From contig CAZEEN010000001.1 in NCBI GenBank assembly GCA_964511115.1, positions 1 through 46,107 on the forward strand: a stretch of 46,107 nucleotides of DNA. Reading direction: 5' to 3'. A program made the position numbers and the translations under genes. The stretch comes from an uncultured Paludibacter sp. GTDB taxonomy: Bacteria > Bacteroidota > Bacteroidia > Bacteroidales > Paludibacteraceae. This document shows positions 38,485-46,107 of the stretch, piece by piece; positions within the stretch are counted from its first letter, which is position 1, and every line of letters starts with the position of its first letter. The notes under the pieces were generated by a model. It made no database searches. It was given only the letters and a program-made list of their open reading frames with translations, and was not told where the DNA came from.

Positions 38485-40224
38485 TTATTTTTTCTTTATA
38501 CTGAGGTCTTTAATTATTTCAATTTGCTCAACTGCCCGACGAGCATAAGCTGCTTTGTCAGGTGGATGATTAATTTGACCAAGTCCTTGATTACTGACCT
38601 GATAGGAATTGCCCAATTTTTCCATTTCTTGAGGCAATGATTCTGGATGTTTATTTTTGCGAACATAGATGAAAGGTAGCTTTTCATCTCCCCAAGCCTC
38701 TCTCCAAGAGCGCACCAATGCGGGCATAACTGCCGACTGATCTACACCCGCAATGCCGGTTCCATTTTCACCTTGATCCCAAACAACTCCGGTCACTGCA
38801 TAAGGTATCACATTGGCAATGCGTATGGGATAATTAGCTCCATAATGTTCTGAACGTCCTTCGTTGTAAAGATATGGTAATGAAAAACCACCGGCCAAAT
38901 CAGGCACATTGGGCCTAACAGGTCCTTTGGTTCCATCGAGCTTTGCTTTTGCTGACGCTTCTTCCCAAGCTTTCAGTTTTTCGGGATAAGCTGCCACCAA
39001 CTTTGGGTATTCATTTTCGGTATAATTTTTCAGTTGCCGTTGAATAACAGTATCCGACTCTACCGCATCACGACTCAACCAAATGCCCGACGAAGAAGAA
39101 CTTTCACAACGAATAATGATACCGATAGGAATATTGAGTTTTTTTCGCAAAAGTACGGCTACGCTACTCATCATCGCCGGAGCATCCAAATAGTTGTCCT
39201 TTGTGAGCGCAATCCATTGTGGCGTTTTATTGTGATCTCTGGTAACTGCTGAAATTCGTATCAGTGAATCGCAGCCAGCTTCCAAAAATTGACGGGTATC
39301 ATCGTCACATTCGTAAGGCGCTTCTGGTTTTGCAAATTTCGGTAAAAACTTAACCGACACCTCCATATTGGACTGGCCGGAACCAAACCAGACTTCACCT
39401 ATAAGTACATCGGTATAACGAATTTGCTTTCCACCCGAACTCACTTCCATATTATAAGGTCCACCAGCTTCCATTGAATTTAAAAGCACTTTCCAACGGC
39501 CTTCAGCATCTGTTTTGGTATTTTTAACTTGACCGTTAAACCGAACTGTAACTTTTGTTTCAGGAGCAGAACGGCCCCAAATTGGGACTTTACGTAAACG
39601 TTGAAGTACCATGTAATCGCTAAAAATGCTTGGCATCAACAACTCTGTAGGAAGTTTGTGTGATTTTTTACTCGCAATTGCGGTGCGGATTTCAGGACGT
39701 GTCATTCCAACCTTAGTTGCAGGTCGAAGATAGATTGAAGCTACTGAAAGAAACGTTTTATTAGCAGAAGACAAATTCTTAAACAAAAGCGTTTGATTGC
39801 CAGCACTAAGACTTATTTCTCCCAATTCCAATAAAGCAAGTGAACCACGAGTCTCGGGTGCAAAAGCTTTTAAAACTTGAGTACCAACGCTTATTTCACA
39901 AGCATTTCCAGTGCGTGTAGCTACATACTCAAGTGTCAGAAAATAACGATTTGTTTTTGGAACTATAATATTCCAACCAATAGTGCCATCAGATGACGCC
40001 AAAGGTGAAAGTAGCTGGTCAGCTTCAAAACCATCTCCATCTTGAAATACCTCCAATTTGGGTGAAACATTTACATTCTGTTTTATGCAATAGGCATTCA
40101 TTGGCTCTAGCAAAAATGCTCCGTTTGAGAGAAGTTTTACAGAAGTAGGTGTAATTTGAGCAATAGTGATGCTGAACGCTGTGAAAATCGTCATCAGTAC
40201 AGCTGTGAAAATTGGTCTTTTCAT
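38485..40224 (-). CDS. Sialate O-acetylesterase (SASA)-like carbohydrate esterase with N-terminal CBM-like beta-sandwich
   Basis: IFSDYMVLQR..PIWG, GEVWFGSGQSNME, GVVWDQGE, WREAWG..LPF, NHPPDK. Confidence 0.83.
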   Translation of the reverse strand: MKRPIFTAVLMTIFTAFSITIAQITPTSVKLLSNGAFLLEPMNAYCIKQNVNVSPKLEVFQDGDGFEADQLLSPLASSDGTIGWNIIVPKTNRYFLTLEYVATRTGNACEISVGTQVLKAFAPETRGSLALLELGEISLSAGNQTLLFKNLSSANKTFLSVASIYLRPATKVGMTRPEIRTAIASKKSHKLPTELLMPSIFSDYMVLQRLRKVPIWGRSAPETKVTVRFNGQVKNTKTDAEGRWKVLLNSMEAGGPYNMEVSSGGKQIRYTDVLIGEVWFGSGQSNMEVSVKFLPKFAKPEAPYECDDDTRQFLEAGCDSLIRISAVTRDHNKTPQWIALTKDNYLDAPAMMSSVAVLLRKKLNIPIGIIIRCESSSSSGIWLSRDAVESDTVIQRQLKNYTENEYPKLVAAYPEKLKAWEEASAKAKLDGTKGPVRPNVPDLAGGFSLPYLYNEGRSEHYGANYPIRIANVIPYAVTGVVWDQGENGTGIAGVDQSAVMPALVRSWREAWGDEKLPFIYVRKNKHPESLPQEMEKLGNSYQVSNQGLGQINHPPDKAAYARRAVEQIEIIKDLSIKKK

Positions 40225-40264
40225 TTAAAATATTTCTAATCAATTTATTTATAAAATGACTAAA

Positions 40265-41722
40265 TCATTTCTTCAATCCCGTCAAATCAGACTCAACAGT
40301 TATTATACCATTACCAGGCACAACTGTAGCTGTAAAGTCATCGTTAATTTCGATATTGGATGAGGTTTTTAAAAGTATTTGTTTGCCATCCACTTTATTG
40401 ACCAACAGTTCCATAGCCCCTTTTTTGTTAAACACACAGCCATAGATATTGATTTTTGTAGGCAAATAGTCTTTTAAAGCTTTGTTTTCGGTAAATACAA
40501 TACCGTTATTATTAAAACTTGAGTTACTAATGGTCAATACATCCATTGGTGTTTTGATGGCAAAAGCTGCAATGGGAGCATTGTGCAAAAAGCGAAGGTT
40601 ATCAAAGGTGAGCTGCTCCTGTTTAGGCACTTCTGCGCCAGGATAGTATGAACGACTGAATTTCCCAATATCAAAATGTACTGAAAATGCTACTCGTGGC
40701 TTTTCAAGAAATATATTCCTGAAAATAACGTTTCGAACGCCGCAAGTGTAAACAGGGTCATTTTGTATCATCACCCAAGTGATACCATCAAGCACCTGAA
40801 TTCCTTTATCATGAGCAGGTTGAGTGTTGGAAATATATACTTTCCCATCCGGATTACCCTTCACACGATAAACTCGTCCATTGGACACGACAGCGTCGGA
40901 ATTTTGCACTTCCATGCCTTGTTTCCAATCTATCCAAGCACCTGCAATGATTCGACAAAAGAATCCTATGTTTTTCTCTTTCACGCCCGGCAAGTCGTGG
41001 CAATTCTCCACTATTCCGTCTTCAATCCATCCCAATTCAGGATTTCCTACTGTATAATCATGTGCATTCAATGCAATGGCATCATCACCGGTTTCGAATA
41101 CACCGTTACTGATTAAAAATCGTTTACCACGACCCAAATGAACGCCATCTTTCCAACCTTTGATAATTACATCGTTAATAATTATATCTTCGAAAGTACA
41201 TACATGAATGCCATACTGCGCTTTACCCAAATCCATACAACGAAAACGATCAATCCGCAAATCCTTTACATAGAAAAATGCCAACTGACCATGTAAACCT
41301 ACAGCCTCTTTAAAATCACGAACATCCATTCCATTCACAATAATCTGTAAACCTTCAATACAGATATTTTCATCATACGTGCGGGTAGCAGCACCTTTAT
41401 TGACAATTACATGCGAAAACTTACCTTGTTCGTCCACTTTTTGCAGAAAAACATTATTTCCGAATTTTAATGTGGTATTACTTCCCACATAAATAGTTCC
41501 GGCCATTTTATAGGTTCCGGGCTGACTAACAGAGATAGTTCCAGTTTGATCAACCGCTTTTTGCAATGCCTTAACATTTTCAATTCCGGTGGCAGTAGGC
41601 GAAAAACCAAAGTTTGCAGCATTGCTTAAATTTGATTTGTCAGAAGAAGTAGTTTGAGCAAAAATAACGCTTGTTGTTATTGTAAATGCTAGAAATAGAA
41701 TCGTAAATAGTTTGGATTTCAT
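40265..41722 (-). CDS. GH28-like / pectin lyase-fold beta-helix protein, copy 2
   Basis: Same length (485 aa) and roughly 90% identical by eye to 36995-38452. Confidence 0.72.
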   Translation of the reverse strand: MKSKLFTILFLAFTITTSVIFAQTTSSDKSNLSNAANFGFSPTATGIENVKALQKAVDQTGTISVSQPGTYKMAGTIYVGSNTTLKFGNNVFLQKVDEQGKFSHVIVNKGAATRTYDENICIEGLQIIVNGMDVRDFKEAVGLHGQLAFFYVKDLRIDRFRCMDLGKAQYGIHVCTFEDIIINDVIIKGWKDGVHLGRGKRFLISNGVFETGDDAIALNAHDYTVGNPELGWIEDGIVENCHDLPGVKEKNIGFFCRIIAGAWIDWKQGMEVQNSDAVVSNGRVYRVKGNPDGKVYISNTQPAHDKGIQVLDGITWVMIQNDPVYTCGVRNVIFRNIFLEKPRVAFSVHFDIGKFSRSYYPGAEVPKQEQLTFDNLRFLHNAPIAAFAIKTPMDVLTISNSSFNNNGIVFTENKALKDYLPTKINIYGCVFNKKGAMELLVNKVDGKQILLKTSSNIEINDDFTATVVPGNGIITVESDLTGLKK

Positions 41723-41751
41723 TGATTATAAGTTTTAATAATTTAACGGTA

Positions 41752-41818
41752 CAAAGATGCATGAATATTTTCAAGCTATGGCGAAAGGTTTGTGCATTTT
41801 ATTAGAAAAATAATGCAA
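41752..41818 (-). promoter_or_regulatory. Promoter with divergent TGCA-N17-TGCA operator
   Basis: TGCATTTTATTAGAAAAATAATGCAA at 41793-41818, again 41 nt from CAAA at 41752. Confidence 0.65.
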
Positions 41819-41886
41819 ATGATTATAGTTTAGCAATTACAATCCGACAATCAAAAATAAACCTTGAACATTGGTGTATATTTGAC

Positions 41887-41938
41887 AAAAAAACACCCCG
41901 CAACTTAGCAATATAAACTTGCTTTGTTGCGGGGAGTG
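41887..41938 (-). terminator. Rho-independent terminator after the small-peptide gene
   Basis: CCCCGCAAC (41896-41904) pairs with GTTGCGGGG (41926-41934), with inner AGCAA/TTGCT. A7 at 41887-41893 gives a U-tract on -. Confidence 0.85.
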
Positions 41939-41945
41939 ATTATTA

Positions 41946-42006
41946 ACCTCAAAAAAACTAATTTGTTAAACTAAACCTGTATTCTCTTTAAACGGACTTT
42001 GAATGC
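41946..42006 (-). repeat. 61-bp direct repeat, copy 2 (3' end and 3' UTR of the intact peptide gene)
   Basis: 57/61 identical to 1678-1738. Confidence 0.9.
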
Positions 42007-42121
42007 TGTTTAATGTTTCGCTTGGCCCAACTGGAGGTGATACTGATTCTAATGCCAATGAGATTTCGTTATCGAGTGGTATCCACTCTATGCGGGGTTT
42101 GTTATATTTTTTCTTTTCCAT
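41966..42121 (-). CDS. 51-aa small peptide MEKKKYNKPRIEWIPLDNEISLALESVSPPVGPSETLNSIQSPFKENTGLV with YxxP leader-like motif
   Basis: Hand-translated, ATG at 42121 to TAA at 41966-41968, below the ORF-track cutoff. Lies between a T9SS gene and a terminator, with an A-rich 5' context. Its C-terminus is conserved in the second copy at 1698-1736. Confidence 0.8.
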   Translation of the reverse strand: MEKKKYNKPRIEWIPLDNEISLALESVSPPVGPSETLNSIQSPFKENTGLV

Positions 42122-42136
42122 GATTCTTATTAATTT

Positions 42137-42204
42137 GCTCCTAACCCCTAAAGGGGAACTGGATTAGCTCCGAATGGTCTTACTCCCCTTTAGGGGTTGG
42201 GGGC
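42137..42204. repeat. Inverted pair of REP-like palindromes (REPIN-like)
   Basis: GCTCCTAACCCCTAAAGGGGA (42137-42157) and TCCCCTTTAGGGGTTGGGGGC (42184-42204) are 19/21 complementary, 26-nt spacer. Confidence 0.8.
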
Positions 42205-42214
42205 AGTTTTGATT

Positions 42215-45200
42215 TTATTTTACAATTACTCTTGTTGTTTGATTATTAATTTTCACTACATACACACCAGCATTTAATTTCGCGTTCAACGTTTCGCTTT
42301 TCATGGTTACAATTCCGTTTTCAATTAACTGACCCACTGCATTATAAATGCTATAATTGCTTTTCTCTGGTGCAATAATTGTAATTTGATTATTGGCGTT
42401 TACAAATGCCTGCGTATTTTGATTCAATGCATTATCAATACCAGTCGAAGTCCCTGAGGTGCGGAAAATCAGGCTGAACCGGTCGGTATTATTTACTGTC
42501 GGACTAAAATTGTAAATTGAAACACCATCTGTCAAATCAGTTTCGGCAAGAGTTGAGTTATCTTTTAGTATTACACGCACATCCGAAGGTAAGTTGGTCA
42601 ATTCTATAGCTTTCATACTAAATGAACTAGCCGAACCTGACACAAACCCTAAGTTTATTGGTGAATTCATTGGAATACTACTCATTCCATTAATTACTAA
42701 TTTTTCGGAGCCGACTGTACTGTAAATCTGAAGTACAGAATTTGCTTCTGCAAATCTCGGCGAATCGTAAGAGTCGAAGATATCTGAAGCATTAGCATCA
42801 AAATAAATAAGCGCTTCATCGGTAGATGTGCCATTGGACACTTCTAAACGTACGCGTTGACGTTCACTGTTATTCATTGCAGGTGCTTTTAATAGATTGG
42901 ACGATTGATGCGATTTTGTTAAATCGCTATTCAATATCAAAGTGCCTGCTGCAACTGCTTTTACCCAAAAGGCTTGCATTGGCGGGATAATATTTGTTGT
43001 TCCAACGGGTGAAGCTTCGTTTGTGTGGGCATTTATGGTTTTAAACGACCAATTAGCATTGCCACCACTATTCACATCGCCTGTATTGGTACGATACCAG
43101 ATAGTAGGCTCTATTAGAGCCACTTTACTGTCAACAAATGCCTGTGTCCAGGTCAAGTGCGAAGGATATGGATTACCTATCAGGTTATAGCCAGCAGCTG
43201 TTTTACTTAACAGAATTGACACATCGCCACTATTAATTGTTCCCGAAAAAGTTACGACTCCACCTGTTGCACTTGGCAATGCAATATAACCTTTGCCAGC
43301 AGTCATGCTATGTCCTGGAGTATAACCTTTCCAATAGGCTGATGAACCTATTGGCTGACCACTCGGGTTGTTATTTCCTGCTTCTACATATTCATAATAG
43401 CGCAAAATATTAGTTGCTGAAGAAGTTGAGTTACTTACCGGCGATGATACATACCAGTTGCGTGTTGTGCCGAGGTATTGGTTTGCGGTAATAGTTCCTG
43501 TATAGCTTCCGTTATTTAGCATGGTAGCAGTACCTGAAGCATCGCTCTGCAGGGTAATTCCATTGCTAATCGAAACACTTCCAGCACTTATCGTAAGTTT
43601 AGCTGTAGGTGCTAACACAATGGAATTGACGTTAGTAGCAGCATCGAGGGTTAAAGTATTGCCTGCCGCAACAGATAAATTGCTCGAAGCCGAAAGTGTA
43701 AGCGACGAAACATTGGTGTCTGTACTAATGCTGCCTGTTGAAAGAATGCTAAATGCTGTTGCTACCGAACTGGCTGAAGCATAATTCCCATCTGCTGCCA
43801 CAGTAGCAGTAACGGTGTAAGTCCCAGAGGCAGTAGGTTGTGTTGAACTTGTACCATATACAGTATTTCCGGTGCCCGAATAACTAAATGTATAACTTGA
43901 CCCAGTTCCTGTATTTGTGGCTGTATTTGGACCTTGTGCTGAGCCAGTAAAGGTGTATGAACCAACTGTAACTGTTACAGTTGGAGTTAATTTTAGGGTT
44001 GTAACAGTGGCAGAAGCGGAAGATTCATTTGAATCCACAGTACCCGTGTTTGAAATAGCTGCCACTTTATAAGTATAACTTGTATTGGCGGTTAATCCGG
44101 TTATTGCCAGGGTTGCAGTTGTTTGTCCGGTAACTGACTTCGATTGAACAAAGTTAGTTCCATTTTGATAGACAGATACTGTATATCCCAATGCGTTAGA
44201 AACTGTAGACCAGTTGGCTGTAAATCCGCTTGTTGTTGGAGAAGTTGCCGTACCAACAGTTGGGGCAGTAAGGGTTGAATTGCTAGCTGTTTGCCAAGTC
44301 AAAATTGGATAACCATTATTCTTATTTGGACTAACATCGCTACTCCATTTTGCTGCATCTAATGTGGCTGCATAACCTTCTAAAGTAGCAGCATTTACTC
44401 CTGTTCCACCATTGGCATTGGTTATTCCAGTCAAGGTATTTAAATAAAAACTATTTACAACAGAACCTGTACCACTGGCACCTGAACCGGCAAGTAACCC
44501 TGCAATGGCTTCTACAGTACTTCCCGCTGCTACAGCAGTAACTGCTCCGGTATTATAACAATTAGTGATAGCAGTAAAATATTTTCCAGCTCCGCTTGTT
44601 CCTGGATTGCCTAAAATTCCACCATTTATTGCCACACTAGATGCATGTGTACTTCTAACAGCTCCGGAGTTATTACAATTCAACACATTCAGTAAACCAT
44701 AACCATACCCTACAATTCCACCTGAATTTGAAGTTGAAGCAGTAATTATTCCCTTATTGAAACATTCTTGAATAGTTAAATTTCCACTGTTTGTACCTGC
44801 TATTCCTCCTGCACTACTTACGGCATTAACTGCACCTGTATTAGAGCAATAACGAATATAACTTATAGGACTGGCAGTAGTATTAACCGTTGAATTACCT
44901 GCAATACCACCCACATTAAGTGAAGCTCCACTACCTGAAATTATTCCGGCATTTGAACAAGATTCAATAATTCCAGTAGTTGTAGAACTGCCAAAAGTAC
45001 CAACAATTCCTCCCACTCCATTATATCCACTAATATTGATAATGTTTTTACAATTAATAAACTGAGTATAAAGTGCTCTACCTGCAAATGCTCCGGCTGT
45101 AGAGCCCGAATTAGTAACTGCGATTGAACCGGAAGCAATAGTCAGGTTTTTGATAATTACATTCGTTCCTGATGTTCCGGTTGGATAGCCAAACAATCCG

Positions 45201-46107
45201 GCATAAAGGGTGGTGGCATCATTGATATATATGTTGTAAATACTCTTGTTATTACCATCAAAAACTCCGGCAAAAGCAGTAGCAGTTGCTATTCCAATGG
45301 GTGTCCATGAATAGGTTGGCCCATTCAAATCAATATCAGCTGAAAGTTTATAGTATTTGCCAGCTGTGTTTACATTGGATGTTTGTGTTGCATTTGCTAA
45401 CGAAGCTAAATAAGCCAATTGTTCGGCAGTTGCAATCTGATAAGGGTCGATAGAAGTACCAGAGCCACCTGCAAAGATTGAAGCAGTTGTTCCATCCCAA
45501 GGCGTTGTAGCAGAAGTGCTGAACGAACTGGATGGAGCTGAAGCATTCGAATCGAGATAAGTCGAATTATCACCCTTTGCGGTAACGGTATAGGTGTAAG
45601 AAGTGCTTGGAATTAATCCTGTGATGACTTTGCTTAAAGTGCCGGCAACCACATTAGTTGTACTTATCAGTGCAGAACTGCCATCATAAACCTTCACATC
45701 ATAACTGATGGCATTGCTCACAGCATTCCAGTTGGCAGTGAAACCGTATTGTATAATTGAAGAGGCTGCATTTACTGTTGGAGTTGAAAGCACTTGCCAA
45801 AGCAGATAAGGATAACCACTATTGTAAGATGCGTTTTGTCCCCAAACAGAAGAAGTATTTAGCAAAGTCAAGAATGCACCGGCTTTTAAGTCTGTATCCG
45901 TTTTTGCTGTTCCACCATTGGCATTGGTTACTGACAAAGTACTTAAATAATAACTGTTAGCTACTGAACCTATACCTGTGGCAGTTGAGCCTTTTAAAGC
46001 TCCTGCAATGGCTTCCACAATTCCTCCTGCTTTTGCCGCAGTTACTGCTCCTGTATTATAACAATTTGTAATTGCCTGAAAATATTTATCAGTTCCAGTT
46101 CCTCCCG
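42215..46107 (-). CDS. Large T9SS-secreted surface protein with at least two GLUG-like modules, FN3 and MBG-like domains (paralog E); 5'-partial
   Basis: The frame stays open from the track start (46018) to the window edge (GGTGTDKYFQAITNCYNTGAVTAAKAGGIVEA). Contains YNLIGNPYPS, IPPMQAFWV and the CTD LNAGVYVVKI..RVIVK. Confidence 0.88.
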   Translation of the reverse strand, partial: GGTGTDKYFQAITNCYNTGAVTAAKAGGIVEAIAGALKGSTATGIGSVANSYYLSTLSVTNANGGTAKTDTDLKAGAFLTLLNTSSVWGQNASYNSGYPYLLWQVLSTPTVNAASSIIQYGFTANWNAVSNAISYDVKVYDGSSALISTTNVVAGTLSKVITGLIPSTSYTYTVTAKGDNSTYLDSNASAPSSSFSTSATTPWDGTTASIFAGGSGTSIDPYQIATAEQLAYLASLANATQTSNVNTAGKYYKLSADIDLNGPTYSWTPIGIATATAFAGVFDGNNKSIYNIYINDATTLYAGLFGYPTGTSGTNVIIKNLTIASGSIAVTNSGSTAGAFAGRALYTQFINCKNIINISGYNGVGGIVGTFGSSTTTGIIESCSNAGIISGSGASLNVGGIAGNSTVNTTASPISYIRYCSNTGAVNAVSSAGGIAGTNSGNLTIQECFNKGIITASTSNSGGIVGYGYGLLNVLNCNNSGAVRSTHASSVAINGGILGNPGTSGAGKYFTAITNCYNTGAVTAVAAGSTVEAIAGLLAGSGASGTGSVVNSFYLNTLTGITNANGGTGVNAATLEGYAATLDAAKWSSDVSPNKNNGYPILTWQTASNSTLTAPTVGTATSPTTSGFTANWSTVSNALGYTVSVYQNGTNFVQSKSVTGQTTATLAITGLTANTSYTYKVAAISNTGTVDSNESSASATVTTLKLTPTVTVTVGSYTFTGSAQGPNTATNTGTGSSYTFSYSGTGNTVYGTSSTQPTASGTYTVTATVAADGNYASASSVATAFSILSTGSISTDTNVSSLTLSASSNLSVAAGNTLTLDAATNVNSIVLAPTAKLTISAGSVSISNGITLQSDASGTATMLNNGSYTGTITANQYLGTTRNWYVSSPVSNSTSSATNILRYYEYVEAGNNNPSGQPIGSSAYWKGYTPGHSMTAGKGYIALPSATGGVVTFSGTINSGDVSILLSKTAAGYNLIGNPYPSHLTWTQAFVDSKVALIEPTIWYRTNTGDVNSGGNANWSFKTINAHTNEASPVGTTNIIPPMQAFWVKAVAAGTLILNSDLTKSHQSSNLLKAPAMNNSERQRVRLEVSNGTSTDEALIYFDANASDIFDSYDSPRFAEANSVLQIYSTVGSEKLVINGMSSIPMNSPINLGFVSGSASSFSMKAIELTNLPSDVRVILKDNSTLAETDLTDGVSIYNFSPTVNNTDRFSLIFRTSGTSTGIDNALNQNTQAFVNANNQITIIAPEKSNYSIYNAVGQLIENGIVTMKSETLNAKLNAGVYVVKINNQTTRVIVK

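Noticed and set aside
46016-46018. ORF-track start of the last gene
   Set aside because: It is an internal GTG. The frame is open to the window edge and continues the GLUG-like module, so the gene is 5'-partial.

Overview
AT-rich Bacteroidota DNA, Paludibacter/Bacteroidales-like by gene content (inference). Apart from one AAA-family ATPase gene on +, every credible gene is on the minus strand. About 2.8-41.7 kb is a large polysaccharide utilisation locus (PUL). It holds SusC/SusD plus a DUF5017-like lipoprotein, GH3, GH95, GH29, GH88, a heparinase II/III-like lyase, four beta-helix enzyme genes (two are a duplicated GH28-like pair) and four SGNH/SASA esterase domains. No sulfatase or regulator gene is visible. 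Within and beside the PUL are five paralogous genes sharing a near-identical ~400-aa GLUG-like beta-helix module. Their DNA is a patchwork mosaic and their C-termini all differ: FN3 stalks, an inserted esterase, T9SS CTDs, or nothing. Several signals are missing from the ORF track. (1) A 51-aa YxxP peptide gene at 41966-42121. (2) A 61-bp copy of its 3' end 40 kb away that truncates an excisionase-like HTH gene and brackets the PUL as a direct repeat. (3) A conserved ATTARTTTTTTTGAGGT-N7-terminator element, three copies. (4) A TGCA-N17-TGCA operator at identical spacing in three PUL promoters. (5) REP-like palindromes and heptamer tandem repeats. The last gene runs off the right edge. Family calls come from motif recognition by eye, not database searches.
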